Below are positions 9,714-21,200 of a DNA stretch of 64,000 nucleotides, in pieces. The stretch comes from an uncultured Lachnospiraceae bacterium (lineage in GTDB: Bacteria; Bacillota; Clostridia; Lachnospirales; Lachnospiraceae): NCBI GenBank assembly GCA_902774125.1, contig CACYHD010000001.1, forward strand, positions 2,058 to 66,057, given 5' to 3'. The first letter of the stretch is position 1; every line of letters starts with the position of its first letter. The notes below the pieces were generated by a model. The model did no database searches, had not been told where the DNA came from, and saw only the letters and a program-made list of their open reading frames with translations. The position numbers were made by a program, and so were the translations under genes.

Positions 9714-12700
9714 TTACTTCTTAATCTTTACTTTCTTCTTAGCTGACCACTTGCTGTAGTATGACTTCTTGTTAACTACCTTGCAAGCTTTGGCTCTAAC
9801 CCAAAGTTTCTTTTTCTTCTTGAGTTTTTTAGATTTCAAAGTAAATGATACTTTTTTAACTGTTTTCTTAACCAAAATATCTTTCTTCTTGAATTTCTTA
9901 GACTTAGAAATCTGAATTAGATATTTTTTGACACCTTTAACCTTTTTAAGTTTAATTTTAATTTTTTTGGAAGATAATTTCTTAGTAGCTGTTTTAACTT
10001 TTGTTTTGGCTACCTTAGGTACTACCTTCTTGTTTTCTTCGCCAGTGGAGAACTTGATCCAGTTAAGATTGATTCCCGATGTGACAAAGTATATTTTGAG
10101 TTTGTGAACACCCTTAGTCAAATGAACCTTTTTGGCTGGTGTAGTAATCCATGACTGATATCCACCTGTACCGTTAATAATGTAGTTAGTTAGAATCTCA
10201 TCGTCGATGTAGATTACCATTTCCATCTGTGCAGTGTTAGATTCCTTCGATGCAACTCGTGCTAACAAGTCGTAAGTTCTATCGTTTACAACATTGATAT
10301 TGTATACCGCATACTCACCTGCATCGCAGTATCCAAAGTTTTTGCCGCCGTCAGAATCTGCGCAGCCCTCAGGTCTAATTACGTTAGAAATATCAACCGG
10401 CTCAAGCTCTGCAACCTTAAGCTTAGTTGTTCCGTTGATGCTAACCGGGTTAGCCAATGGAATGTCTGTCTTGAATCTAACGTAGTCGTAGTTCTGTGTC
10501 GATGCAGTAGAAACAGCATCTGTGTTAGAAACTACTAGGGCGAACTTAGGATTCTGATACTTGGCAGATACGTATCTGTCCATCTTAGTGTATGTAGAAC
10601 CATTGACACTGTAGTATCCTATATAAATATTGCCCTTCTTGCATATCTTAAAGTAAATATCGTTTTTAAAATTATCTGGGATTGCAACCCAGCTCATCTC
10701 ACTGTAAACACCTTTGCGTTCCTGGACCCATCTGATTCTCAATGTGTTGCCGTTTTTTTCTAGTCTAAGTCCGATATAGTTGTTATCGTCCTCCATAACT
10801 GCAACACCGGCATTCTGGTTGTTGTCCCACTTAGATGTATCTACTCTAAGTTTTGTAACGCCTTCCCAGTTACCGAAGGCAGACTGTTCAAAAACATTTC
10901 TGGCATAGTTGCTGCCCTCTTTCATTGTTCCTCGCTCAGCCTTGATTGACAAGTTGCCATTGCCTATAGACCAGTTAGGTGTGTTTTCGTTTTCGATGGT
11001 CCAGAAGCTTGCCGGCTTATTACCGTTGAACTCGTCTCCCTTAGGATACTCACCAAAGTGAAGCACATAGTAGTTGGCCTGATCAGGAGTTGTACAAGTG
11101 ATTATAGCTTTTTTGCTACTCTTGTCATAGTTTGTATCAACATGAACATAGCTTGCTGCTGTGCACTGAATTACCGGATCAGTAGAAAGATTATCAACTG
11201 CTACCGCGTAATCAAAAGTATTGCTTACGAACTCAGCCATGTTTTTGCCGTTAATCTTGATTGCTGACAATGTTGCGTACTGAGGATTGTCAAAAACAGG
11301 TTGGATGTTACCTTCATTAGAGAAAATAACTCTATATATAAGCTGCTCGCCACCCTCGTTAGCATAAATCTTCGCAACAGGACTTGCCTTTGTTGCCTGC
11401 TTGATTGTTATGTCCTCATTGTCCTTAGCTGTGGCTTCAACCTCAGGAAGATTGTCGTCTTCTAGAGAGTTGTAAACCTTGTATTCTAGTGTGTTAGACT
11501 TAAATGCACTAACTGCTCTGCCGCCGACTTTAATTCCGGCTAGCTGTGGATTACCTACCTCTGATTTTTGTACATCGAACCAGTGAGTAATCTTAGACTT
11601 ATAAGGAACAAAACTGATTTTTTGAAGTCTGGCAAATGCCTGTGACTTCATTATATAGTTGCAAATATTAATAGCACATCTTTGTAGTTCGCTTCTCTTG
11701 AGATATCCGGAAGATAGGCTTGAAGCCAAATCAGTTCCAGTTATAGATACCATATCCAAGTCGTTCTGTGCCTTAACCATAGATGCTGTGTTTTTGGTTG
11801 ATGCTCCAGAAGTTGTTGATCCTAAGTTTTTGTTTTTGTTGGACCACCAGTCTGTCATTACGATTCCTGTGTAACCCCATTCCTTACGTAGAATCTCAGT
11901 GTTCATTTCGTAGTTACTTGCTGAGTGGTAAGAATTGATTTTGTTATAAGAAGTCATAATAGCTCTTGGCTCTGAAGTCTTAACTGCTATCTCGAATGGC
12001 TTGAGGTAAATTTCTCTCAAAGCTCTCTCAGAAACAATCGAATCATATAGTGTTCTTGATTGCTCCTGGTTGTTACAAGCAAAATGCTTAAGTGTAACAG
12101 TTGCGCCTGCACTCTGCATTCCTGCAGTTTCGGAAGACGCCATCATTCCTGTCAAAAGTGGATCCTCAGAAAAGTATTCAAAGTTACGTCCGTTAAGTGG
12201 ATTTCTGTGAATATTCATTCCAGGTCCAAGCAAAGCATCGATCTGGTTAAATACTAATTCCTTGCCCTCTGACTGGAATAGTCTCTCTATAAGAGTTAGG
12301 TTCCATGTTGAAGCTATACATGTGCCGTTAGGCATTGATGATGCTTCTCCGCTGCATCTGATTCCGGATGGACCATCAGCACAGCATGCTCCTGCAATAC
12401 CGTACTTGCTTATTAGATCCGCGCCGTCCTCAGCTTTAACGCCGGCAAACGCACCAGCCACGCCACCTGTTACGCCTGAAGGAGACATTCCCTCACCTTT
12501 TACAATAGCCATAAGTTCGTTGTCTGATAACTGTGCAATAAACTGATTCATTGTGACTTTGTTTTTGGCAACATCAGATAACTTGTAGCCCTTGTTTCCA
12601 GTTGGCTTGATTTCTGCTGGCATGCTAGCGTTGATTTTTGTCATAACGTTAGTCTGTCTGACAGGAACCTTTTCATAATCTAATTGTAATTCCCCGTCGT

Positions 12701-14042
12701 TATCAACAGGTTTCATTCTGTCAAAATCAGCTGTTGGAGCCATCTGCTCCTTGAGCTGCTTAGTAACTTTGAGTTCATCTAAGCTGTATGTGTATTCCAT
12801 ACTTGCAGATCTTACATTGTTACCTACGTAAACATTGTAATCTCCTTTTTCCATTACATATGCTGAGTCGTGACCTGTAACTCCGCTGTCATCGTATGAA
12901 GCCATGTCCTCAATGTTATAACTCAATGTAATGTCTTGCGTTTCGTCAGGCTCGAGCAATTTGGTTTTGGCGAAAGCCACCAACTCTCTAGCCGGCTTAC
13001 CTAGCTTGCCCTGAGGTGCGCTGTAATAAACTTGGACTACCTCTTTGCCTGCTCTATCGCCTGTATTTTTTACCTTAACTTGAAGATTGATTTTGTTGTC
13101 CTGAGCCTTAACTGACTCTGTTGTTATATCGAATGTAGTATATGATAAACCGTAACCAAACGGGAACATTACCTTGTCCTTGGCGAAAGTCTCAAAATAT
13201 CTATATCCTACATATACATCTTCCTGGTACTTGATAGTTGTTCCGCCATAGTTACTGGCTGATGGATAATCAGAGTACTTGTATGCAATTGTATCTGGAA
13301 GATGGCCACTTGGATTCACATCACCAGTAATTACATCTGCTGCTGCGTCACCGCCGACCATACCGCCTTGCCAAACACAAAGAACGGCATCGATAGAATA
13401 ATCATTAATCCACTTCATATCCATAACGTTACTTATATTAAGTACAACTGTAACCTTGTCGAACTTGGCAGAAACTTTGCTAAGCATATTTTTTTCATCG
13501 ACTGTCAAAGCAAAACCGTTTGTTGTACTGTTGTCCTGCTCCTCGCCGGCAGTACGACCGATAACGATAAGTGCTGCGTCTGACTGCTCAGCTGCTGCTG
13601 TAACAATCTTGTCAGTCAATGGCATTTCTTTTTGGAAGTGTGGGTCCATGGCCCAGCCACCGCCTTCGACTATTGGATTGTTTTCAATCCACTTGTCATA
13701 AACTGCCACAAGATCTTCATTAACTTTGATTGATCCGTTCTTTCGTAGACCATCTAGTATAGTAACGGTAAAAGGTGCATTAACATATCCACCTGATCCT
13801 GTACCAGTTTTGTAGTAGTGAGATTGCATACGGCCAAAAACAGATACTTTCATTCCATCATCGTATGGCAATGTATTATTATCATTTTTTAGCAATACGC
13901 AACCTTCTGCTGCCACCTGTCTTGATAGACCGGCTACATCCTCTAACACTTTGGCACGTGCTACAGAAGGACTTATATTCAAAGAAGCTAGTGTGATTGC
14001 TAGCAAACACATAATTGATAAAACCCTCTTTCTTATTTTCAT
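9714..14042 (-). CDS. secreted multi-domain GH3 beta-glucosidase (permuted domain order) with concanavalin-like domain, CBM6-like domain and Lys-rich C-terminal domain
   Basis: Signal peptide; AAEGCVLLKN, PFGYGLSYTTF, DGPSGIR, RNPLNGRNFEYFSEDP, KHFACN, nucleophile IVMTDWW. Start reassigned to ATG 14042 behind AGGAGG; the track start at 14090 overlaps the promoter. Confidence 0.9.
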   Translation of the reverse strand: MKIRKRVLSIMCLLAITLASLNISPSVARAKVLEDVAGLSRQVAAEGCVLLKNDNNTLPYDDGMKVSVFGRMQSHYYKTGTGSGGYVNAPFTVTILDGLRKNGSIKVNEDLVAVYDKWIENNPIVEGGGWAMDPHFQKEMPLTDKIVTAAAEQSDAALIVIGRTAGEEQDNSTTNGFALTVDEKNMLSKVSAKFDKVTVVLNISNVMDMKWINDYSIDAVLCVWQGGMVGGDAAADVITGDVNPSGHLPDTIAYKYSDYPSASNYGGTTIKYQEDVYVGYRYFETFAKDKVMFPFGYGLSYTTFDITTESVKAQDNKINLQVKVKNTGDRAGKEVVQVYYSAPQGKLGKPARELVAFAKTKLLEPDETQDITLSYNIEDMASYDDSGVTGHDSAYVMEKGDYNVYVGNNVRSASMEYTYSLDELKVTKQLKEQMAPTADFDRMKPVDNDGELQLDYEKVPVRQTNVMTKINASMPAEIKPTGNKGYKLSDVAKNKVTMNQFIAQLSDNELMAIVKGEGMSPSGVTGGVAGAFAGVKAEDGADLISKYGIAGACCADGPSGIRCSGEASSMPNGTCIASTWNLTLIERLFQSEGKELVFNQIDALLGPGMNIHRNPLNGRNFEYFSEDPLLTGMMASSETAGMQSAGATVTLKHFACNNQEQSRTLYDSIVSERALREIYLKPFEIAVKTSEPRAIMTSYNKINSYHSASNYEMNTEILRKEWGYTGIVMTDWWSNKNKNLGSTTSGASTKNTASMVKAQNDLDMVSITGTDLASSLSSGYLKRSELQRCAINICNYIMKSQAFARLQKISFVPYKSKITHWFDVQKSEVGNPQLAGIKVGGRAVSAFKSNTLEYKVYNSLEDDNLPEVEATAKDNEDITIKQATKASPVAKIYANEGGEQLIYRVIFSNEGNIQPVFDNPQYATLSAIKINGKNMAEFVSNTFDYAVAVDNLSTDPVIQCTAASYVHVDTNYDKSSKKAIITCTTPDQANYYVLHFGEYPKGDEFNGNKPASFWTIENENTPNWSIGNGNLSIKAERGTMKEGSNYARNVFEQSAFGNWEGVTKLRVDTSKWDNNQNAGVAVMEDDNNYIGLRLEKNGNTLRIRWVQERKGVYSEMSWVAIPDNFKNDIYFKICKKGNIYIGYYSVNGSTYTKMDRYVSAKYQNPKFALVVSNTDAVSTASTQNYDYVRFKTDIPLANPVSINGTTKLKVAELEPVDISNVIRPEGCADSDGGKNFGYCDAGEYAVYNINVVNDRTYDLLARVASKESNTAQMEMVIYIDDEILTNYIINGTGGYQSWITTPAKKVHLTKGVHKLKIYFVTSGINLNWIKFSTGEENKKVVPKVAKTKVKTATKKLSSKKIKIKLKKVKGVKKYLIQISKSKKFKKKDILVKKTVKKVSFTLKSKKLKKKKKLWVRAKACKVVNKKSYYSKWSAKKKVKIKK

Positions 14043-14080
14043 GTTTACCTCCTTAACCGTATAACCGCTTTTGTTAATTA

Positions 14081-14123
14081 CATTATACAACTAATGCAAC
14101 AAACTGTGTTATTCTGGATTAGT
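14081..14123 (-). promoter_or_regulatory. GH3 promoter: extended -10 (TGTATAAT) plus conserved upstream box ACTAATCCRGAATAAC
   Basis: Same two elements with identical spacing upstream of the second GH3 (23283-23325). Confidence 0.65.
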
Positions 14124-14194
14124 CAGTCTATTATTCCATTTAGGAATATACATATTTTAGTAGGAAAATCATAATGGTTATGTAGCCAAAAACA

Positions 14195-17100
14195 TTATTT
14201 TTTAATTTTAACTTTTTTGGCCTTGGACCACTTGCCGAACACTTTTGTGCCAGCGTCTAGCTTGTAAGCCCTAACCTTAACAAACAATTTCTTTTTGTTT
14301 TTTAACTTGGCTGACTTAATAGTAGCCGTTGTCTTTTTGACATATTTCTTAACAAGTGCCTTCTTGCAGTTGGACTTAGTAGAAATCTTAACTAAGTAAC
14401 CTGCTGCCTTTTTAACTTTCTTGAACTTAATCTTTAGTTTTTTGGCACTAAGTTTTTTCTTTGGAGCCTTTGTTATGTAAACCTTGCCCGGTGGTGTCAC
14501 TACAGTTTTTTGGGCTGTAGGCTTGTTTGTTGTCTGGGCAACTGTTGTAGGTTCTGGCTCTTTTTCTACAGTGATTGTAAATTCTGCTGTCACAGTAGGT
14601 GTGTATGTACATGTTGCTGTAATGGTTGCAGTACCTGCACTAATTCCTGTTACAACACCATTCTCAACAGTTGCTACTGTCTCGTCTGAACTTGACCATG
14701 TAAGATCTTTGTATGTAGTGTTGCTTGGGAATATCTCTGCAAACAAAGTACAACTGTCACCAATCTTAATTGTTTCCTCAGTCTTTTCGAATGCTATTCC
14801 CTTGGCTTCTACCGGAATGGCTTTGACCTTGCATGTTGCAACATATTCACCATCTGCTGTTGTAGCTTTGAGTGTTGCGCTGCCTTCCTTGTGGGCTGTT
14901 ATCTTGCCAACATCATTGATTGTTATAACACCCTCATCGCCTTCGATAGACCATGTATAATCTTTGTTCCAAGCATCTGCCGGCTCAATTGAAACTGTAA
15001 CGTACTCGCTATCTCCCACGAATATTTCTATGTCGTTAGGAACAATTGCAACTCCTGTAACATCAATTGGAACAGCAACTTTTGTAACTTTTTCGCTAAC
15101 ACTATCGTTAAGTACTCCGCTTGTCTTGTCTGCGATGGCTTTGACATAATAATCGTAATAGCCAGGAGCTAACTCCTTATCAACGAAGCTTGTATCTGTT
15201 CCGGAATAAACCATTGTCTCGTTGTTTCCTACAACTCTGTATAGCTCATATCCAACTGCGTGTTCAACTGTATTCCAGTCAACTTTGATCTGGTCTGTCT
15301 TGTCCACACGCTGAGCTGACACAACAGTTTGGTCAATTGACTTAGTTACATAAACCTTACATGTTCTTGATACGTCAGGGTTGTTTCTTGATACAGCTCT
15401 AACTACTGTTACACCTGCATCTACACCTGCCACAACGCCATCCTGGTTGACGATGCATACTCCTGTATCATCTGATGTCCATATAAGTGTTGGATCACCT
15501 GCATTACCCGGATTAATCTTGGCCTGAATGCTGTCTGAAGCTTGAGCCGGATTATCCAAGTTTAGTCGCATTTCTTTTCTGTTAAACTTCATATCACTAA
15601 CAGGAATAGTTGACTCGTTGTAGACATATATTTCCTTGAGCTCGTATCTGTAAGCGCCGATTGTAACACCTTGCACTCGCAAGTACTTAGACTCCACAGG
15701 CTGAGCCAAATGTATCTTGGCACTTTCGCCTGGTCTTCCGTTAGTAACTGTGTAAATATCTGTCCAGTCCTCTCCGTTATCAGAAGTCTGAAGAATATAT
15801 TCTGAAGGGAATCCGTTGTCCCATACTAGCTTGAATGTGTCAAACTGCTGCTTGCTATCCCACTCTAATGTAATGTTCTCCGATGCCATCTCAGCTTCTG
15901 TTCTACCAACATTAGGAGCCTGCCATTCAGAACCCTCATCGCCGTCAATTGCTTTGGATGGTTTTGTGTTTTCGTTGGCAAATGCACTAGCAGTAGCATG
16001 AGCTTTTGTTGCAATATTTTCAACCTCAACATCAGGCACTGAACCTGTTGTTATAATCTCAACCTCGAATATTCTATATCCGTATTCAAGTGCTCTATGC
16101 TTGAGCTGTAGCTTGACATATCTAGCCTTAACTGGAGCTAGGTCAAAAATCTTTTTGCCTGCCGAACCTTTTTTCTCAGATGCAACTAACACCCACTCTG
16201 AATCTTCATCATTAGTGTTAGAAACATATATATCATAATCAGATGCACATGCGTTTTCCCATGCAATCTTAATAGTGTCAAAAACATAAATTGATTCCAA
16301 ATCAATAATCCAATCTTGAGGATCATACTTAGGATTGCTCTCATCCGGGCTCATAGCCTTGGCCTGAAAACTTGAATCCATATCACCGTCTACAATTTTT
16401 CTTGCGTCATATGAGTTTTCAGGAACATGAACCGGCTTGTTCAAAGCAATGTTTTCACCTAGTGGCTGAACAATATCTCCAGCAGTAACATTAACGATGC
16501 ACATAGCAACAGCCTTGCCGTAATTACTTGTAGCTATAACGACTGTCTGTCCTTCTGATACACCTCGCACAACACCGTCCTTGTTGACAATAGCCACACC
16601 TGGATTTTCAGAAGTCCATGAAACAGTTCTATCCTCTACCTCTGCAGGTGTTACATCAGCTGTAATTCTTGCTGTGTCACCTACTTCTACATCGACTTCT
16701 GTTGTATCTAGTGATACTTCTGTCGGTGAAATATGTTCTGTCTTGTCACTCTTGCTATCTGAAACTAACTTGTCATCCTTGTCAGCAACTGCGACAACAT
16801 AGTATGATGCGCCATCTGCGCCCAAGTCAGTATCAGTAAATGATGTTTCTATGCCTTCAAAAATAAGTGTCTCTTTTTCTCCGGCAACTCTGTAAAGCTG
16901 GTAGCCAGTTGCTTTATCAACCTGACTCCACTCAACACTTGCGTACATTGTTCCAGGGATTTTGGTAGCAACGACTTGTGTTTTAGGGATATTTCGGGAT
17001 ACATATACGCGGAAGGTTTTGTATACATCCGGTGTACTATTAGAAGTACCTGTAATTACCGCCTCACCCTGGGCAACTGCACTTACTAATCCATTCTCAT

Positions 17101-18229
17101 CAACCTTTGCAACACCCTCGTCAGAAGATGTCCAGTTGATAGTTTGGTCCCCTGCGTTTTTAGGGCTTACCTTAACATTTATCTGTTTGGTTTTTTTGTC
17201 AGTCTCATTGAGATACAAAACTGACTGATTAGTAACAATATCTTCTACTGCAATCTGAGATTCGTCCAAAACTTCTATCTCAAATATCTCGCATCTGTAC
17301 GCACCTACCTTGACACATTGCACGCGCAAATACTGAGCATGCTGTGGTGCGAATCTAATAAATCTGCGGTCGTTAGCACCGCCATCCTTGACTGATGCAA
17401 CAGTTGTAAACTCTTCACCGTCATCGGATACTTGTATATCATACTCTCTGGCATGACCGTAATCCCACGCTATCTTAACAGCATTAAAGTTAACAGCTTC
17501 ATCCCATTTGAGAGTTATATAATCATTGTTTTTGTCCTTGTCTGATCTAGGCTTGCCAGTATCAGGATCATTTTCCGGTGCCTGCCAACGTGTTCCCATA
17601 TTGCCATCGATAGCTCTATCAGGTGAGTTGACATCCTCATAGCAGCTTGCCTCGGCAGTGGCATCAGGAGTGATGTTAGTACTCTCTCCCTCCTTGTCCA
17701 CTGTACCTACAGTAAACGCCTCTATCTCATACAGATTGTAACCCCATGTCATAGAACGATACTGCATATCAAGCTTGATATATCTGGCATCAGTTCTGTC
17801 AAAAACATAAGTGTGCTGGCCCGGATTGCCATTTTCTTCTGTGACAATTCGATTCCACTCATCTCCATCTACTGAAACGTAAATGTCAAAAACCTTGGCA
17901 CATGCGTTTTCCCAGTATAGGTTAATTCTATCGATTGTGAACGAATCCTCTAAGTCTACAATCCACTGCTGTGGGTCATACATTGAATCTTCCGGGTCCG
18001 GACTTGCAGCATCAGGCTGAAATCCTTTTGATGTGTTGCCGTCTACTATTGCAGATGCGTCGGTATTTCTTCCCACAACATATGCTTTTTTGCCTAGTGC
18101 GACATTTTCTCCAAGTGGCTGATCATTGAGATCAAGAGCCATTGTGTTAACTGGAACTATCGTAACAGTGAGCAAAAACGCTATTGCTAGGGCAGTTATT
18201 CTCTTAATTATTTTTTGTACCTTCATCAT
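14195..18229 (-). CDS. secreted non-catalytic protein: four F5/8 type C (CBM32-like) domains, Big_2 Ig-like and FN3-like domains, Lys-rich C-terminal domain
   Basis: Repeated NVALGK/NIALNK...DG...W-IDL...ARYIKL units; WTSSD..VA.V..G.V Ig repeats; no catalytic motif recognised. Confidence 0.8.
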   Translation of the reverse strand: MMKVQKIIKRITALAIAFLLTVTIVPVNTMALDLNDQPLGENVALGKKAYVVGRNTDASAIVDGNTSKGFQPDAASPDPEDSMYDPQQWIVDLEDSFTIDRINLYWENACAKVFDIYVSVDGDEWNRIVTEENGNPGQHTYVFDRTDARYIKLDMQYRSMTWGYNLYEIEAFTVGTVDKEGESTNITPDATAEASCYEDVNSPDRAIDGNMGTRWQAPENDPDTGKPRSDKDKNNDYITLKWDEAVNFNAVKIAWDYGHAREYDIQVSDDGEEFTTVASVKDGGANDRRFIRFAPQHAQYLRVQCVKVGAYRCEIFEIEVLDESQIAVEDIVTNQSVLYLNETDKKTKQINVKVSPKNAGDQTINWTSSDEGVAKVDENGLVSAVAQGEAVITGTSNSTPDVYKTFRVYVSRNIPKTQVVATKIPGTMYASVEWSQVDKATGYQLYRVAGEKETLIFEGIETSFTDTDLGADGASYYVVAVADKDDKLVSDSKSDKTEHISPTEVSLDTTEVDVEVGDTARITADVTPAEVEDRTVSWTSENPGVAIVNKDGVVRGVSEGQTVVIATSNYGKAVAMCIVNVTAGDIVQPLGENIALNKPVHVPENSYDARKIVDGDMDSSFQAKAMSPDESNPKYDPQDWIIDLESIYVFDTIKIAWENACASDYDIYVSNTNDEDSEWVLVASEKKGSAGKKIFDLAPVKARYVKLQLKHRALEYGYRIFEVEIITTGSVPDVEVENIATKAHATASAFANENTKPSKAIDGDEGSEWQAPNVGRTEAEMASENITLEWDSKQQFDTFKLVWDNGFPSEYILQTSDNGEDWTDIYTVTNGRPGESAKIHLAQPVESKYLRVQGVTIGAYRYELKEIYVYNESTIPVSDMKFNRKEMRLNLDNPAQASDSIQAKINPGNAGDPTLIWTSDDTGVCIVNQDGVVAGVDAGVTVVRAVSRNNPDVSRTCKVYVTKSIDQTVVSAQRVDKTDQIKVDWNTVEHAVGYELYRVVGNNETMVYSGTDTSFVDKELAPGYYDYYVKAIADKTSGVLNDSVSEKVTKVAVPIDVTGVAIVPNDIEIFVGDSEYVTVSIEPADAWNKDYTWSIEGDEGVITINDVGKITAHKEGSATLKATTADGEYVATCKVKAIPVEAKGIAFEKTEETIKIGDSCTLFAEIFPSNTTYKDLTWSSSDETVATVENGVVTGISAGTATITATCTYTPTVTAEFTITVEKEPEPTTVAQTTNKPTAQKTVVTPPGKVYITKAPKKKLSAKKLKIKFKKVKKAAGYLVKISTKSNCKKALVKKYVKKTTATIKSAKLKNKKKLFVKVRAYKLDAGTKVFGKWSKAKKVKIKK

Positions 18230-18238
18230 ATCTCCTCA

Positions 18239-21200
18239 TTATTTAACAATTTTTACTTTCTTCTTGTTAGACCACTTTCCGTAACTTGGATTGTTGCCGG
18301 AGTTTTTAATTGCTCTTGCTCTAACCCAAAGTTTCTTCTTACCTTTAAGTTTCTTAGATTTGATTTTTGATGTAGCTTTCTTTACTGTCTTTTTAATAAT
18401 AATATTTTTCTTTTTGAACTTAGCCTTCTTAGAAATCTGAATCTGATATCTAGATATCTTTTTGATTTTTTTCAGGCTAATTTTGATTGTGTTGGAACGT
18501 AGCTTCTTGCTCGCCTTCTTTACCTTAGCCTTAGGAGCAGAGCTACTTGCAGAAATTGTCTTGTTAGTTACATCGTTGTTTGCAACAGACTTAGTAACTT
18601 CTGACTCCTTCTTGCTTGTTGTCGCTTCTGTAGTTGGCTTAGTTGTAGGCTTAATTGTAGGCTTTGTTGTAGCTCGGGCCTTAGTTGTTGTCTCAATAAC
18701 TAAGTGAGGAACAACATCGCTTTCTGTCTCCTGTCCATATATACCGATTTCATAAATTGAATATCCGTATGTAGTAGTTCTTGATAATCCAAGAATCTTA
18801 ACGTATCGACCTCTAACCGGTGCTCTGAACTGAATCTCATCTACTCTGTTGTTTTTGCTGGCCTTCTCTACGAAGTATGCCTCCTCCCAATTGCTTCCGT
18901 CTTCCGAAACAAGCACTTGGTAGCTCTTAGCGCTGGCACCTTCCCAGTTAATATCAATCTCGTGAATCTCGAATACGCCGTTGAGTTCTACGATCACATA
19001 TTGTGGATCCTTGTCCATTTCTGATGCCCATCGTGACTTGGCATAATTGTCGATAGCATATTCTACTGCACTATTATTGTTTTCCTGTGATGAAGCAAAG
19101 GCCTTAACCTTTTCATCTCTTACGCAGTTATCATATGTAACTCCGTTTATTTCTTTTTGCTCATCGAATGTAACAGGGTCTGATGTTCTACTGTTAAAAA
19201 TTGTTGCAGTATCATCCGGATCGTCATTTTCTGTTCGTGACTTGAACTTAATCCAGTTGAGATTCATTCCCGATGTAGCAAAATATATTTTTATCTTGTG
19301 CTCGCCCTTAGGTAGATTAACTTCCTTAGCGTCCGTTGTAACCCATTCCTGGTAACCGCCTGTGCCGCTAATGTAATAACTTCCCAGCACTTGGTCATCC
19401 AGATAAATGATCAACTGCATCTGAGCCGTGTTAGATTCGTTCGATGCAACTCTGGCCATCAAGTCATACGCGCCGTCCTTGATAACATCGATATTGTATG
19501 AAACGAATTCGCCGCCATCGCAGTAACCAAAGTTTTTGCCTTCGCCAACATCTGAGCAATCTTCCGATCTGATAATGCTAGACATATCGATTGGCTCTAG
19601 CTCTGCCACTTTGAGCTTTGTTGTACCATCAATCTTCACCGGTGGTGCAATCTCAATATTAGTGTCAAAGTGAACGTAGTCGTATCTTTGAGTTGTAGAT
19701 GTACCAACTCCCTCTGTGTTAATTACGATAAGTGAATACTGTGGATTAGAGTAAGCTGCTGACAGATATCTATCCATCTTAGTGTATTCCTTGCCGTCTA
19801 TACTGAATGAACCTGTGTACAAGTTACCTTTTTTGCAAATCTTAAAATAAAGTTCTCCTTTGAAATCTTTAGGGAGATCTTTTTCGTTAACAGTTTCTGC
19901 AGTACCCTTCTTTTCCTGCGCCCACTGAAGCTTCAAGTCTGTTCCACTGTGCTCAAGTTTGAGCGCAATGTAGTTGTTGTCATCCTGCTTAACCGCAACA
20001 CCTACATTCTGATATCTGCTCCAGCCTGTTGTATCGACATTAACCTTCGCGACTGCTTCCCAGTTTCCATATGCCTGCTGGGCAAAAACATTGTTGGCAT
20101 TGTTGTAGCCTTCGTACAAACTTCCTCGTTCTGTTTTGATTGAAAGAATTCCTCCGCCTATCAACCAGTTTTTGTCATTCTCGTTTTCGATAGTCCAGTT
20201 CTTGCTTAATTCCATTCCGTCGAACTCATCGCTCTTAGGATATCCTCCAAAATTAAGTGAATAGTAGTTGGCCTGGTCTGTAGTCTGACATGTAATGCGA
20301 GCCTGCTTAGTTTTTTTGTCGTAAGTAACCTTAACATTAACATCGTCGTTTGCTACCGGAGTGATTGTAGGCTCAACTGACGGATCATCTAGTGCAATAG
20401 CGTAGCTAAAAACACTGCTGTCGAACTCAGGTAATGACTTGTCGTTAATCTTGATACCTGTTAGCACTGCATATCGCGGATTGTCAAAAACAGGTGTGAT
20501 ATTACCTTCATTAGTAAAAATAACTCTGTATATTGCCTGCTCACCATCTTCCTTGACGTAAATCTTGGCAACAGGGTTGTCTAGTGTAGCCTGCTTGATT
20601 GTTACAGTCTCCTTGTCCTGAGCTGTAGCTTTAACCTCTGGCAAATTGTCAGATTCTAGTGGATTATAAACCTTATACTCCATTGTGTATGGCTTGAACA
20701 CTTTGATAGCACGTCCGCCAACACTTATGCCTGATAGTTTAGGGTCTCCCATTTCTGATATTGATGTGTCGAACCAATCTGTAATAGTAGACTTGTATGG
20801 AACGAATTCCACGCCCTTAAGTCTGGCAAATGCCTGTGACTTCATAACATAGTTACAAACATTGATTGCACATCTTTGTAATTCGCTTCTCTTCAAGTAG
20901 CCTGACTGAAGACTATCTTTGAGATCAGTTCCAGATACTGAAACCATGTCTAAGTCGTTTTGGGCCTTAACCATTGAAGCTGTATAGTTAACTGAAGTTC
21001 CTGCTGATAGGTTTCCTAGGTTTTTGTTTTTGTTGGCCCACCAGTCTGTCATGACGATACCTGTGTATCCCCATTCCTTACGCAAGATTTCAGTGTTCAT
21101 TTCGTAGTTGCTCGCAGAATAGAAGCCATTAACCTTGTTGTATGATGTCATGATAGCTCTAGGCTCTGATGACTTAACTGCAATCTCATATGTTTTGAGA

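Noticed and set aside
14043-14090. Track N-terminal extensions for GH3 (14090), cas10 (46440), the inter-array ORF (37998) and the 62251 gene
   Set aside because: Downstream ATGs have proper RBSs; the extensions overlap promoters, terminators or upstream genes.
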